Assembly: GCF_036321535.1 (NCBI RefSeq)
Contig: NC_087472.1
Coordinates: forward strand, 98,024,001-98,088,000
Direction: 5' to 3'
Source of the DNA: Camelus dromedarius
Taxonomy: Eukaryota
Length of the DNA stretch: 64,000 nucleotides
Made by a program: the position numbers and the translations under genes. Below the pieces are notes generated by a model. That model did not search any database. It had not been told where the DNA came from and saw only the letters and a program-made list of their open reading frames with translations. This document shows positions 27,999-41,911 of this stretch, piece by piece (position 1 is the first letter of the stretch; the number at the start of each line of letters is the position of its first letter).

Positions 27999-28632
27999 GC
28001 ATTTGGGCACATACCAAGAGGGCAAATGATATTCACAGATACGCATGCCCATCTTGGGCATTTCTAGGTGTTGCCAAATTGCTCTGCAAAGTGAGTGAAT
28101 CAATTTACATTTCCACCAGGCACTATGTGTACGTGTTGCCAACACTCAGCGCTGTCAGAGTTTTAATTTGTGCCAGTCTGATCTTTAATAATTTTTCTAC
28201 TTTATCAGGGTACTTGTAATTATATACCCAGTACATGTATATAAAAGAATTAAAGGCTTTAGATCCAAGGATTAATTAGAGTATTTCAAAGCTTCTCTTA
28301 CAGATGGTTCCCTCAGCTTCTAAAATCTGCCCAGTTACCTGCTTGTTTTCCCTGTCAATCTTAAAAATAAATAAAACGGTATAGACAAAAATCAGTAAGA
28401 CCATTAAGAAAGGAAAGTGGAAGCTTGTTCCTTTTCATGGCCAACATCACTGTAGTGTTTATTGTAGCTATTTTTTTTAACTTAATGGTGATATAAAGCT
28501 TTTTTAAAAACTTACAATGTAAAGAGAATGAGGAAAATTGGGTATATGGCTAGGGAAGCAAACTTCCTTTGCCAACACACCTGGTCATTTTGGGGGGAAA
28601 ATATAGTATGCCCTGCTCTTAAATCACAGTCA

Positions 28633-28782
<150 letters not shown>

Positions 28783-29437
28783 TCATCATTACCCAGGCAG
28801 GAGAGCAGCAAGAACAAACATGGCAGGACTTATCAGCAAATCACCAGTGAACAATGGGGAAGTGGGGCGCACAGGGAAATTACCACTTCAGTTTGGGGCT
28901 ATTGGTCTGCCAGTGAACAATCTCATCCTAAATTGAACATGGTTTGATGAGACTATATTAACATGCCTGGTTATTCACTGTTATTAACCTAACGGGAAAA
29001 GCACCAGTGCTTCTGAAACGCTTTAATGAAAAATTCTAGGATCTAATGGACTCTCCTCCCCACAGATGGGAACGCAGCAAGAGGCTGATGTTTGGCAGGC
29101 TCTGTTCAATGGGTCCATGGGACAGCTGAGTTCTCCATGCTGCATCACCTCTGACCTGTCCATTAAAGGTTTGAGATTGGTGACAATCTCACGTAAAGAG
29201 AAATGAAGAAAGGTCTGCCTGCTCCCATAGAAAGCTGACTGGTTTAAGCACCAAAAGACCTAACAGCTCGCCCTGCCTCTATCCCTAAATTGCTGAGTTG
29301 TGGTGGAAAAGTCGCCTACCTTCCCGGGGTTCATTTTTAGCTCTAAAACTAGTACACTGCATTAAGAGACCTTGGGAGTACCTTCTAACTATGAAGAGTC
29401 TACACTCCATTTTAAACACACAGTAGGTTACTTAGAT

Positions 29438-29809
29438 CAGGCTCAGCAAATTTTTTTCTGTAAACAGTCAGATCGTAAACATTTAGTCAGGCATTTCGTG
29501 GGCCAAGATGTAAAATCAAGGATGTTATATAGGTACTTTTATAGTGAAAGAAACTTTTCCACAGAATTTTATTGATGAAATTCAAAATATGATAATAACC
29601 GAGTACAATTTTTGGTGGCACAGGCCTATTCATGAGAAGAATGAAATTCTTTGGGGGCAGGAGAACATTTCACTTTGGTGTTCAAAGTTAGTGTGTCCTG
29701 CCATCAACTGCAAACATTTATCTTTAAAAATCATTCTGAGCTCATGGGCTGTACAAAACCAGGCAGAAGGCAAGACTCAGCCCTCAAGCCATAGTTTGCT
29801 GACCCATTG
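29438..29809. mobile_element. MER58-family (MER58D-like) hAT element
   Basis: CAGCAAATTTTTTTCTGTAAA...CCATAGTTTGCTGACCC. Confidence 0.65.
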
Positions 29810-30327
29810 ACTTAGATGCCTGTGAGTGAGGGGCACCGCCCTTTATGGTTAAACCCAAGCATTTGTCTTAAACTAAACTTCCCAAAAGAAACGTGTATAA
29901 ATTCCTTTTCAGAATAATCATTTTACTAAATTATGTCTAATAGAATAATTATGTCAGACTAACAGGAAACTGGTAGAAAAAGCACGTGTTGGTTCTAGTT
30001 GGGCCACCTGTTCTCCTCAACACTGCAGATAAGGACAATGAGACTTACAAGCATTATATACTTGCACAAGGTCTAGTCTGACTTCAAACCAGTTCTTGTA
30101 AGCATTATATTATACTGGAGACATCACTGGAAATGAAGAAAGAGTGCTTCTTTCTGTCAGAGACGAAACCTATACTCACTTCCATAAAATGTATATTCTT
30201 TTCCTTCAAATTTAGGATTAGCATGTCAATAAACCCTAATGTTTAACACAAATTTACTGGCTGGCTTACTTCCCTGAGGAAACAAGTACAGGGGAAAGCA
30301 CCTTTACTGACCTAATGGCACTACCCA

Positions 30328-30956
30328 TGGTGGGTAGAATTATGGCCCCCACAAAAGATGTCCATGTCCTAATCCCTGGATCCAGTGAACACGTTATGTT
30401 ACATAGCAGAAAGGACTTTGCAGATATAATTAAGGTCAAGGAGCTTAAAATAGGGAGATTATTCTGGATTATCCCAGATGGGCCCAATCTAATCACGAGT
30501 CCTTAAAAGCAGAGAACCTGCTCTTGCTGGAATCCCAGAGATGCAACGGAGGACAAAGTCAAAAGAGATGCTGCAGGATGTGAAGTCAGAGATTCAGGGG
30601 AGAGAAGGATTCAACATGCTGTTGCTGGCTCTGAGACGTAGGGGCCATGTGCAAGGACCAGAAAGAGTCCCCGAGGACCCAAGGAAGGAAATAGGGACCT
30701 CCGTTCTACAACCATAAGGAACTGGGCCAACATTTGAATGAGACTGGAAGAGGATTCTTCCCAGAGGCTACTGCTAAGAGTCCAGCCAGCTGACACCTGA
30801 CACCTTGATCTCAGCCTTACGAAATCTGGAGCTCAGAAAACAGCCAAGCCATCCCATATTTGTGACCTACAGAATTGTGACAGAATACAATTGTGTTGTT
30901 TTGAGTTGCTAATAATGTTGTCGTAATTCATTACAGCAGCAACATAAAATTAATAC
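30328..30956 (+). mobile_element. MLT1D/E-like solo LTR
   Basis: AATTATGGCCCCCACAAAAGATGTCCATGTCCTAATCCCTGG...ACAGCAGCAACATAAAATTAATACA. Confidence 0.8.
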
Positions 30957-31137
30957 ACAATGAACCCAGAATTGGTTGTCTGCTCTTTGGGTCAAGAGGA
31001 GAGAATCCAGGTGCCTCTCAACTTGGCTTCTTAATGGCATTGGACTGAGCTACAATATGTACATAAGATGATGTGTATTCCTGGAGCTCATCCCATCTCT
31101 CCCAACTCCCCTCCCTTTAGCAAAGAATAAACTTTCA

Positions 31138-31228
31138 TCTTTTTATTTTTTAATGGAGGCACTGGGGATTGAACCCAGGACCTCCTGCATGCTAAGCATG
31201 CACTATACCATTGAGCTCTATCCTCTTA
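31138..31228 (-). mobile_element. tRNA-Ala-derived SINE (Vic-1-like)
   Basis: Reverse tRNA-Ala head; perfect 17-bp TSD CAAAGAATAAACTTTCA at 31121-31137 and 31229-31245. Confidence 0.88.
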
Positions 31229-31659
31229 CAAAGAATAAACTTTCAAAACATTAGAGTAAGAGTCATGTAGGAACAATGTTTCTAACTGCTGATGGACAAA
31301 GACAGACAAAGAAATCAAAAAACCAGATGGGGCCTGATGGGGCCTCTGAAGCTTCAGCAAGAATTCCTAAAACATCTCCTATCAGACTCAGGATCTCACC
31401 TTTCCTGACTTCCCGGAGCTCCTGCTGACTCCAGGACATGCTTGGAGCCCTGATTACACCCTGATATTAAGTAACTGCACTAATGGAGCCTACCAGTTGT
31501 GGATGCTATTATTTCTTCTGATTGGTCAGTATCCACACCAAGCCAGCTGTTAAATATTTTGCATATCTCCCTGATTATATCCAAGTTTATTATATATTTA
31601 GTTTTACTATTCTCTAATGTAAGGCCACATGTACTGGTTTAGTAAGTGTTTGCAATTTC

Positions 31660-32165
31660 TTTTTTTTGCACTTGTTCCATTAAGAAGTAGACTCTAAATT
31701 CCTCCCTTCTCGATTATGGGCTAGCCTTGGTGACTCACTTCTAAAGCATGAAATGCAGTGGAAATGACACCACATGACTGCCAATGCTACGCAATGAAAG
31801 GCAATACAACCTCCCCCTGGTGCATACACACGTGCCTCCTTCCTTCTCTCTCTTTCAGGAAACTTGCCCTTTAAAGTTTCGTGCTCAATCAGCATGCCAC
31901 AAAGAAGCCCAGTACACACGGGGAAGGGCCACAGGAGGCGCTCCAGCCAACAGGTAGCAATCGACCACTAGACGTAAGAGAGGAACCTTCCCACATGACT
32001 CCAGCCCCAGCCACTACCTGACCACAACATACACACACGGCCCATGAGCAAGAACCACCCAGCTGAGCCTAGTGACAAGCAGTCATGAGAGAGAAAAATG
32101 AATAATTATTGTCACTTTAACCCTCTAAATTTTGGGATGGTTCATTATACAGCAATAGTTAACTG
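31660..32165 (+). mobile_element. MLT1-type solo LTR
   Basis: CCACCCAGCTGAGCC, TTTGGGATGGTTCATTATACAGCAATAGTTAAC. Confidence 0.7.
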
Positions 32166-34589
32166 CAGCTGGCTGTCCACAGACTAAGTCCTACCAATGG
32201 CTTGAATTTTCCCAGAAAAACGTTTTGTTTGTCCAACACAATGTTTTTTTAAAAGTACTAAAATGGAATTCCTTTAAATGAGGTGTGCAATCACTAGTTC
32301 TCCATGGTCTTCACCACGCCCTCTCATTTATACCTATCCAGCTCATCATCTGTTAACTGATGGGCCCTGAAGGCCTTTGAGTTTGCACAACTGACCTCCC
32401 AACAAGATTTTAAGTTCCTTATGGGCTAAGAGAATTGCCCAAGTGGTATGTGCTGGGCACAGTCACTGAATCTATTTATTGCTATGTATACATGTACTTG
32501 AATAAATAAAGAGTGTCATTCAAGGGCTTTAAATTCTTTTTACTGTGTCTTCAGGGTGTTCCTGCAGTTTGTGTTTGGGGAAGTATTCAGTAGGAAGAGG
32601 TCTCATATAAATTTCAAATCCAAAAATATATGGAGATGTACTGGACAATGCGATACATAAAAGAACCGTATAAAATAGATATACATCAGGCTGAAGTTTT
32701 ACATATTACTTATCAACTCAAAGATAGCCTAGGGATGGAATGGAAAAATCACAAGAGTATTTATTGCTTTATTTTGCATATTCTGTAAAGTATATCCATC
32801 CTATTCCATGCAGTAGATAATGCTTTTGCAAACAAAACTTCTGGGCAGGACCATAATTTGTACATTTGATGTATTTTTACATATTTTTCAAAAGATGGAG
32901 AAAAAATTCAGACATGTTTGTTCACAGCAGAATGATAGTGAGTTAATAGGGAGGCTGGCTTAAAATCATTTCTGTCAAAGAAAGAGGATCCTGAGGGAAA
33001 GAAATTACTTTTGACTCAAGCTGAGCAGTGAAGTAAATACTCTATTTTTAAGCAAGCTGATGAAGTGACAATTCTGAGAACTAACCCCTAAATATGTACC
33101 TTCAGGGATGACCACCCAATTAATTTCATTCTTGCTGACATTTCCCATCATGTTAGAAACGTCTTAATGCACATTAGTGCAGCTAAAATGGATTCCATGA
33201 GAATGAAAGATAAAGGGTGTTTATCTCCTATACCCACAAAGAAGCAAAATGTTATTTCAGGGCTTTGTGGAAATATAATCATGATGTGCTGTTCAAAGTA
33301 AACCAGTGTAGTGGAGCTACTCCAGGATCATCCTCACTTGATTAACTCATAAATTTTCAGACTTGAAAGATGTCAATTAAAGTTGATGTATATCATGAAG
33401 CTAAAATTTCCAACAATGTCTTAAAAGGGCCAGACAAAAATTTCTTCTAAAACAAATGACTATCATAATCACTTTATCTTGCAAAGAGGACCTTCAATTT
33501 CTTAATGCTGCTTTTCCTGAAATAGACACAGTCTGAGGAATTACTAGCATTGCACTGATTTTCATTCCTAGAGAACTTTTCCAGAAACATTATCCAATTT
33601 CATGTCCTTGTGAAAGAAGTATTTGTGTTCACTGACAGAAGAAAGCAACACAAATCACACAGTTTGCTTAAGCCCATAAAGTCAGCCAGCACTTTTCCAA
33701 GGCACAAATACAAGAAATAGTCAAGGCCATTAGACTTGTACAGCCCACGAGTATGTTAGGATGATAAAAATGACACATTCAGGAGTTTCTCAATTAGCAA
33801 CCCAGGCCTTGCTACAAGCCCAAATGAGTAATGACAGGTTGAAGTTAAAGAATATCAACTTAGAAGCATCTCCAATATGGAAGGGTCCCTGAGAACACCC
33901 TGAAAATTCACAAAAATACTGGTGAGAACCTTGAATTTTTCACAAGTTGCTACAACAGAGTTTGAACTTACCTGACGTGGACCTGAAAGGGCAGGAGGAT
34001 TTATGTACTACATGCAGATGCTCACCAAGAAACTGAAAACCACCTGAAGTCGTGTGATTTGAGAAGCTGGTTTTAGAACCCTAAATCCAAAATTTCTATT
34101 GAATAATTCTGGTTGAGAGTGAAACAGGAGAGATGGACTGAGAGATACTACTGTGGTAAGAGGAGAAAGTCAAGGACAGTGGAGCAGATGGGTTTATACA
34201 AGCTCTCTGTCATTTCCAAACAAGTTCTACAGTCTTCTGCTTTCTTCCTTTGTATTTTTGAGTGGAGTCAGGGATAGGTAAGAGGAGTGGTTCAGCTTTA
34301 GGCCTACTCCTTAGAGTCAAACACTTTTAACTAACTTTGGAGGTGCATACTGTAAGACAGTTTGAAGGGGAGAGGGCAGTATGGCTGGATGGGAGCCACG
34401 GCTCAAAGAGAGGCCATCATCATAGCTTAAGCCAAGGGAGGATACAGGGGCTAGAGTTTTTCCAGAGGCCAGAACAGAGCAGGGAGTTGGAAGACAGAGT
34501 AACAAGAGACGCAGGGACCATAAAAAGAGGCAGCTAAAGATCTGGAGACCAGAATATCAGCCAAGGTCAAAATGTGGATCGTAAAAAAA

Positions 34590-36050
34590 AAAAAAAAAAA
34601 GCAGGCCGTGGAAGTCAGGCTTCCAGCTATGACGCTATGAAAAGGTCAACAAATCCTTTCCACAAAAACCAAGTATAAAAATGGACAAAACTGTCAACAA
34701 AAAACCACTTTAAGGCTCTGGGAACTGATCAAAGGCAAACAACAAATTGAAAAATGTTAATTTTGAAAAACTGCAATAACCTACAAGTAAGTGGAACAGG
34801 AGTCTGTGGCCTTCTTGCCCGGGACTGTTCCCATCCCTCCCAGCTCAGTAAGTGAGAACTTATTTTGTTAGGATAGGGCTGGCTAGAGAATCTGCCACTT
34901 TGCTGCCACAGGGGTGGACTCAGTTAGGTGTGGGGTGAAAACCTGCAACCCTGCCAGCTAAAAGTGATACACTTGGTAGAAAACAAATGAGGAAAACCCA
35001 CAGCTTTCCTAGCGTGAAGTTACAGTTATCACTGAGGAGAGTGACAGACCAGCCAGAAATTTAAAAGAGAGCTCCTAGAGCTAAGAGAGTCACAGAAGAG
35101 TGAGATAAGTTCTCCATACCCCTCTGGCTGACTAGGAAACTAGGTACATGCGCAGGGAGACCCAAGAGAGCCCAGTGGCAAGTAAACTCCAAGGGTGACT
35201 GAAAACTGCTTGTGACTTTGAATGCACTCCCAAGCCCCATGCAGATCAACTGGCAGAGGGCAAAAACCCTACAGGTCTGAGACGTTTGAGCACAAGCTCT
35301 GCCATGACCCCTGGCTGAGGACCCAGCTATGTAGACACAGGGACAATCTCTATGAAGAGAGGCTAAAAAATAAGAATTTAAAAAATAAGCAGAGACATCC
35401 ATGGCCACATAGTGTAGGGGAGACAGATTCCACAGTGTAAGTCCAGGAAAGTTACTTTTTAAAAAGCCTCAGAAAAATAAATCAGAATCCACAGTTGCTG
35501 TATTATCTAAAATGCCATTTTCAAGAATGACAAAAAATGATGTTAGAAGAAAAAAATGTAAAAAAAAAAAAAAGCAACTGATAAAAACTGACTGAGTGAC
35601 TGGATTTTCAGACAAAGACTTGAAAGCAGCTATTATAAATTAGTTTAAAGAATTAAAATAGACTATATTCAAACAATTAATGGAAAATATGATGACAATG
35701 ACAACAAATAAAGAATTCTAACAGAGAAATAGGAACTATAAGAAAAATAAATGAAACTTCTAAAGTTGAAGAATACAGTAAGGTGAGGGTGGGTATAGCT
35801 CAGTGGTAGAGTGCATGCTTAGCATGCACGAGGTCCCAGGTTCAATTCCCAGTATCCCCACTGAAAAAACTAAAATAAAAATTTTTAAAAAGAAAAAGAA
35901 AAATACAATAAATCAAAATGAAAAATGTGTTAGACAGGTCAACTGTAAATCTGAGAATGCAGAAGAAAGAATCAGTGAATTTGAACACAGATCAATAGAA
36001 ATTATGCACTCTGGAGAACAAAGAGAAAAAAACATGGAAAATTGGACCAT
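34590..36050 (+). mobile_element. Old L1M 5' region / ORF1 remnant
   Basis: Coiled-coil-like ENAEERISEFEHRSIEI; GACAAAGACTTGAAAGCAGCTATTATAAAT. Confidence 0.6.
35782..35897 (+). mobile_element. tRNA-Ala(AGC)-derived SINE (Vic-1-like)
   Basis: GGGTATAGCTCAGTGGTAGAGTGCATGCTTAGCATGCACGAGGTCCCAGGTTCAATTCCC plus A-tail; degenerate TSD GAAGAATACAGTAA/GAAAAATACAATAA. Confidence 0.85.
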
Positions 36051-36094
36051 AGCAGAACAGAAAGTAATCTAAATCTGAGCTGAAGAATTTCTCA

Positions 36095-36230
36095 GTTGTA
36101 AGCCTCTTACTCATTTGTAAATGGGGCTAATAAATAGTACCTACACCTCACAGAATTGATGAGGATAAAATGAATTAAAAAATGTAAGGCACTTCCTGGC
36201 ACACTGTAAATATGTAATAAATTTTAGTTG
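36095..36230 (+). mobile_element. MIR fragment
   Basis: CTCATTTGTAAATGGGGCTAATAAATAGTACCTAC. Confidence 0.6.
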
Positions 36231-36458
36231 CCATCATCATCATCATCATTATCATACATGTTTTGCTATGGAAGAAAATCATGGCTGGCCCTAACTCCAA
36301 AAGTTCCTGAGGAAACTTCTCTAACCTGTAGAAAAAGTTACTACCAGCATGTGGGAAGAAGGCAATACATCATAACTGCTATTGAAGGAAAATAAAAGAG
36401 CTATCAATTCTCTGACACTCATTACCTCAACAAACATCCTCTAATTACTTCATAATCA

Positions 36459-36772
36459 AAGGCATACCTTAGAGATTGTGGGTTCAGTTCCAGACCACCA
36501 TAATAATGTCAATACCACAATAAAGTGAGTCATAGGAATTTTTTTGGCTTCCTAGCACATATAAAAGTTACATTTACAGTATACTGTAATCTATTAAGTT
36601 TGCAATAGCATTATGTCTAAAAAACAATGTATATACCTTAATTGAAAAATATTTTATCACTAAAAAATGCTAACCATCATCTACAACACAGGGTTGCCAC
36701 AAACCTTCATTTTGTAAAAAACACATCTGTGAAGTGCATTAAAACTGAGTGCAATAAAATGAGATGCACCTG
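36459..36772 (-). mobile_element. Internally deleted Tigger1 derivative
   Basis: TIRs AGGCATACCTT and GAGATGCACCTG followed by TA; GGGTTCAGTTCCAGACCAC; both Tigger1 ends joined. Confidence 0.8.
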
Positions 36773-37204
36773 TATGCAATTACTTCTACACTTGTAATCA
36801 TACTTTATTTTTTAAATATTTGCTTTTTTTAAAAAAAAATCTATCAGTTTCTGCCTGAGTGTGAAATTCTAAAGAAATTTGTTTCATATATATATAAATA
36901 ACAAGATCTAGAAATGATTTGAACATTTGCATCTTAATAACCCTTGTTTTGCTATCTATTGATGCTAGGAGTGAGGGAGCCACAACTGGATTGAACAACT
37001 GATCCATTTAATATCAAAAATAAGAGTTGCCAAAACATAACAGATTTTGCCAAGCCAAGATAACTGGCAAGCCAGCTACTCTGACCTGAGGGGAATTGAA
37101 AAGTTTGATCTAAAGAGACTCTACTTCCCACCAAAATATTTATCTATTTCACCTATTTCACTTTTTCATTATTTCTTTCTTGATTTCTTTTTCTTTTCTA
37201 CTCA

Positions 37205-37375
<171 letters not shown>

Positions 37376-40300
37376 TTAAGCACCCAAACGAGTGACCAGC
37401 AGAGAAGCTAGCACTCCTCACATCATCTCTCAGCCATCACCCGTTAACACAGTATTCACAAAGCCATGAAATTTAATCTCAGTGATTTTCTTTTAAAACA
37501 AAAAGCTCAAAAATCAATATGGTCATTTTTGGATCACAGTAAAAACAAAAAACCAAAAGAAGCTCCAGCAATTTGCAATATGCTTTATTTGCTTTGTAAT
37601 TGAAAAAAAACCTACTTTAACCTTTTATAGAACATATTATCTTAAGTTTGAAATTAATTTGCCCACATGAGTCCTTGATCTTTTCTAAAAATGTATACTT
37701 TATTTGTCACATAGGTCCTTCTAATAACATTCAGCTTAGTTAGCTGAAACCTTGTTTAGTTTATAGATGATGATTTAGTCGAATGTTGAAATCCAATTTA
37801 CTATAATCAGCATTTGTTCATGAAGGAAAAAATAAAAGTGATTCAGACTTATCTTCTACCCTAAGCACAATGGAGTCACTAGAATAATTTAATTATTAGT
37901 AGAAACTATCTGTTAACACTCAAAAAATGCTCTGGTCATTAAAATTAATGAAATTACAGAGGTAAATCAGATTATAGCTTGCATGGAAAAACAGGAAGTT
38001 GATGGCTCATGACAATGTTGTCTATTAAAATAGGGAAAAAGACAACTGATCCTTGAGTTTGCCTTTTTTTTTTTTTTTTGGAGGGAGAATGGCAGACAGT
38101 TTTAACTCTATATGCACTCCGTGTACAAAACTAGCAGTACTTAACCTAAATATTGTAAATAATATCTGTGTAACAGTAAAAGCAATGGTTTGCAGTCATC
38201 CCTAATGCTTTGGTTTTAAAATATATTACTGTGGCAAATGAAATAAGAAAAATACACATTTGAATAAGCAAATAATGAAGAGTAATCAAATTCTTATTAT
38301 CTACCATATTTTTATGAATTTAAGCCATGATCCTCTTTTAAAAGCAAAAATTACAGTGTGGCAAATGAGTGTATATGAAACCCACAGGCATCACATTATA
38401 GATATGAATGAATACATACAACATAACGATTACAGACTGGACGGTGGACTACGTGTTGGCCAATGTCTGGCTCAGACTGATCTCTTCCCTAACATATCAC
38501 AGGTACTCACTTTGTCTGCAGAGTAACTTTTGTTAATGATTCATCTTAGCAATCTCTGGCCTGGGAGCCAAGCCAAAATATAAAGAAAGGAGTAAAATAA
38601 AGGCACAGGGAGAAAGGCAGGAATAAAAGTATCAATTCCAGACATCCTTGGTATTCTACTTAGCCAACAAGTTACAAAGATATGATTTATTGTTCCTCCC
38701 TCAGTCCTCTTGGGGCAGGGGGGATGGCTGATAAATAAATCGTGGTATAGTCACATAATGGAAAACCATACAGAAGTCTAAACAAATAGTCTGTATGTGT
38801 GAACATGAAATAATCTCAAAACCAAAGCTGAGTAAATAAGGCAAGTTGTATGTACGAGAGAATGTAAAGTTCTATAACATGTAAAACAATACTACATGTT
38901 GTTTATGGATACATAGCTCTGTAGCAGAAGCATAAAGAAATGCATAGGAATGAGAAACACTGAATTCAATAGAGTGTTCGTACCTAGGGAAGGACATAGG
39001 CAGGGAGGAAGGATGTTAGGTCAAGGAGGATTACACAAAGAATTTCCAATCTATCTGTTTATTCATCAAAAATGTATGTGTGCATGTACACAGCTAAGAT
39101 GACAATATGTTTAATATTTGTTAAAGGCAGAGGTGTTCAAAATATAATTTTATATACTCTTCCAGTGTTTCAGATGGTTCATAATAAAAAGAAATACAGT
39201 CAATCGTATTTTGATAGATGTTTATACTCAGCCTCAGAAGAAACAGAGTAAGCTCCTTGTTTTAAGAGGCAATCGTAACTAGCAATCCTAAGGCATTCCC
39301 AGATCACATAGTTTAAAGAGGTGTCCACTGTTCAACCCTTTTTAGCTTTTGTTCCCAAGACAGCTCTGCCAGAACCTTCAGAATGTGACTGTAACTGAAA
39401 GAAAATTCAGATACGTTCTTGGGTTCAGAGCACTTTCCAGGAAACTCTCCCAAAGGAATTTCCTTCAAAAATACTAACTTTTTTTTGGTAATATCAATGG
39501 GGTCAAGCTGTTACTTTTAGAAGAGATTGCTAATGGTGATACTCTCCTGTTCCATTTGAAAAAAAAAAAAAAGAAGAATCTTGATATTCAGGTTGTTCTA
39601 CAGGCACTAAATGGAAAACCATTCAAAAATTTCAAAGAAGAAGAGTTCCAATTTAAATAAATTTGGTTCCACCACAGCCACGGAAATAATCATGGGCAGT
39701 AAAACTCAGGGGCAAGTAATTTGACAACAGGTTATCTATGTTTAGAAGGATTAAGCTTTTAATTGTTTTAATTATTAAACTGAGAATATTTTGTATTTCT
39801 TAGCCTGGTAGAGCTGATGTAGTCCATTTATCTAATGTAAATCACAGGGACCAATTTTGACTTTCTCCTGTAAGACAGGAAGGGCCTGCCGCTGTTATTC
39901 TCGCATGACAGATGGGAAACAGAGACAGAGAGATTATGGAACATTGCAAAGTCGTACAGTCCAAATCATTAGGCTGCTACTTCAGTGTTATTTTCATTTG
40001 TCCCAATAAAAAAAAAGTGACAATTCAACAGAAAGAGTACAAGGAAGGAGCAGGAGAAGGTAAGAATTATGGGTGGGAAGAGCTGCAGTGATAAAATAAG
40101 TCAGAGTACAGTTTACTTAATATCAGACAGCTGTTAAAATCCTAATGATGGCTGTGGAAGACAAGGCAAAACAATACATCACCTGTAGAGGTCAGTATGC
40201 AAAATTATACATAAGCATCAATTATAGCTTCCCCCAAATGGAAAATAATACACTAAAACAGAAGTATGTATTACTATGTTCAAGTACCAAACATTAAGGG

Positions 40301-41911
40301 TGCTTTTTCATTCCTTTTCTCTACTGCCCAAATTTTCCACCATGCAATAATACTTTGATAATTTCAAAAATTTCAACAGGGCCTTGAGTGAGAAAAAATG
40401 ATGAAATGCAGCAATCACCGGGAAAGTTTTACTTGTTGTAGAGACAACAAGAATGAATGCACATGAATATTTTAGAACCACTTGTAATCTTCAAAAAAAA
40501 AAAAAGTTTAAGCTCTGAAAGGGACAATAATTGGCCCAAAAGTCTCTTGTCCTTTCAGTTACTGGTGAAAATCTAGGTCAAGTTGATAATGACTTTCAAT
40601 CATTTCCATTGCCTGACTTTTCAATTGAGTGACTTTTGGGGAATTAATTGGGGCTCTCATATCATTTCCTAAGAACAGCTATCCAGATCATAAAATTTAG
40701 GGAATCGTTCTCTTCTTGGAAATCCTATCCTGGATGCCAAGCACCAAATGCCACAGACTAAATGGAAGAATAAAGCTATTATCCTCCCCACGGTGAGGAA
40801 CACCATTATAATAAGGGCATAAGAAGGAAATGTGTTCAGCTTCTCTGTAGGATCAGTAAATACAAGTTGATAAGAATCTACATAAGCCAATAGGAAGTAC
40901 AGATCTAGAACCCTTTTTAAGCTGAATCCACTTAAAGATACTCAGCTATATATCCAAATATCTCTAAGAAAGATTTTATGTTAGGCACCCAGAGAATTCT
41001 CTGAATACTTAATGGAATCTGGATTTTAGATTCATGTTTTGCTTTATTTAAATAATGAAGTAATATGCAACACTGCCACGTTTAGGTGGCTATGCCTGTA
41101 AGTAGTATGTATGTATACATATATGCATGCCTACATACAGGTGTGATGTTCAAAATGTTTACCAACCTACATAGACAGTACACCATGGAAGATACACCTC
41201 ACATAAGCAGACACAGAAAGGTCACTCTGAGGGAGCACCAGCTAGCACACCAACTCAGGAACCAGATGAAACCAGGTGCCCTGTCGCCAGCACCAGGAGT
41301 AAGGGGAGATCTTGGTCTGCTCTGGCCAGTGGAACACTCGAGATGGAGGCCGGTGTGAGAGGTAGGGAAGACTGGCTAGAAGGTTGGTGGGCACCAGTGC
41401 ACCTCCCTCCAGTGCCCACTCTTGTCTCTCCAGGGCTGTGGTGGCCAGAGATCACTAGAGAGAGCTGGGGGCAAAATTTCATTTTGGTAAAAAAAAAACA
41501 AAAAACCCACAGAATTATTTCAATATTTTAACAACCTGTTTTTCTGGAGCATTCCACCTAAATATCACCTTACTCTTGCACAGTGGCAGCAGCACTCCCT
41601 GTCAATTTATACACACACAAAACATACACACAGAAACACCCAAGTGTTCCACTGGCCAGAGCAGATCAAGACCCACCCCTGAGAATATTAACATGGCTTC
41701 ACATATTACCTATGTATCTCTATATGCATATTTATGTCTATATGTGTATGTGTATATCACTCACCAGAAACACTGATCTTCTCTGAAAAATTATCCATGT
41801 CTAATTCTCCTAAGTAAATGGAGGCCAGCTGTGATTCTGATTTCAGCTTCTACTGCAATTTTCCATTGGCCTTCACAAGAATGAGTGCCTAATGGTGTTG
41901 ATTATTTACTG

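Noticed and set aside
31326..31345. Short tandem duplications (GATGGGGCCT x2; others at about 10392, 24158 and 30790)
   Set aside because: Ordinary slippage events with no higher-order structure.
35789..35860. tRNA-Ala(AGC) gene
   Set aside because: Mismatches in the T-stem, anticodon stem and acceptor stem, CpG decay, an A-tail and a TSD show it is a SINE. The copies at 1433, 31138 and 55474 are likewise decayed members of this family.
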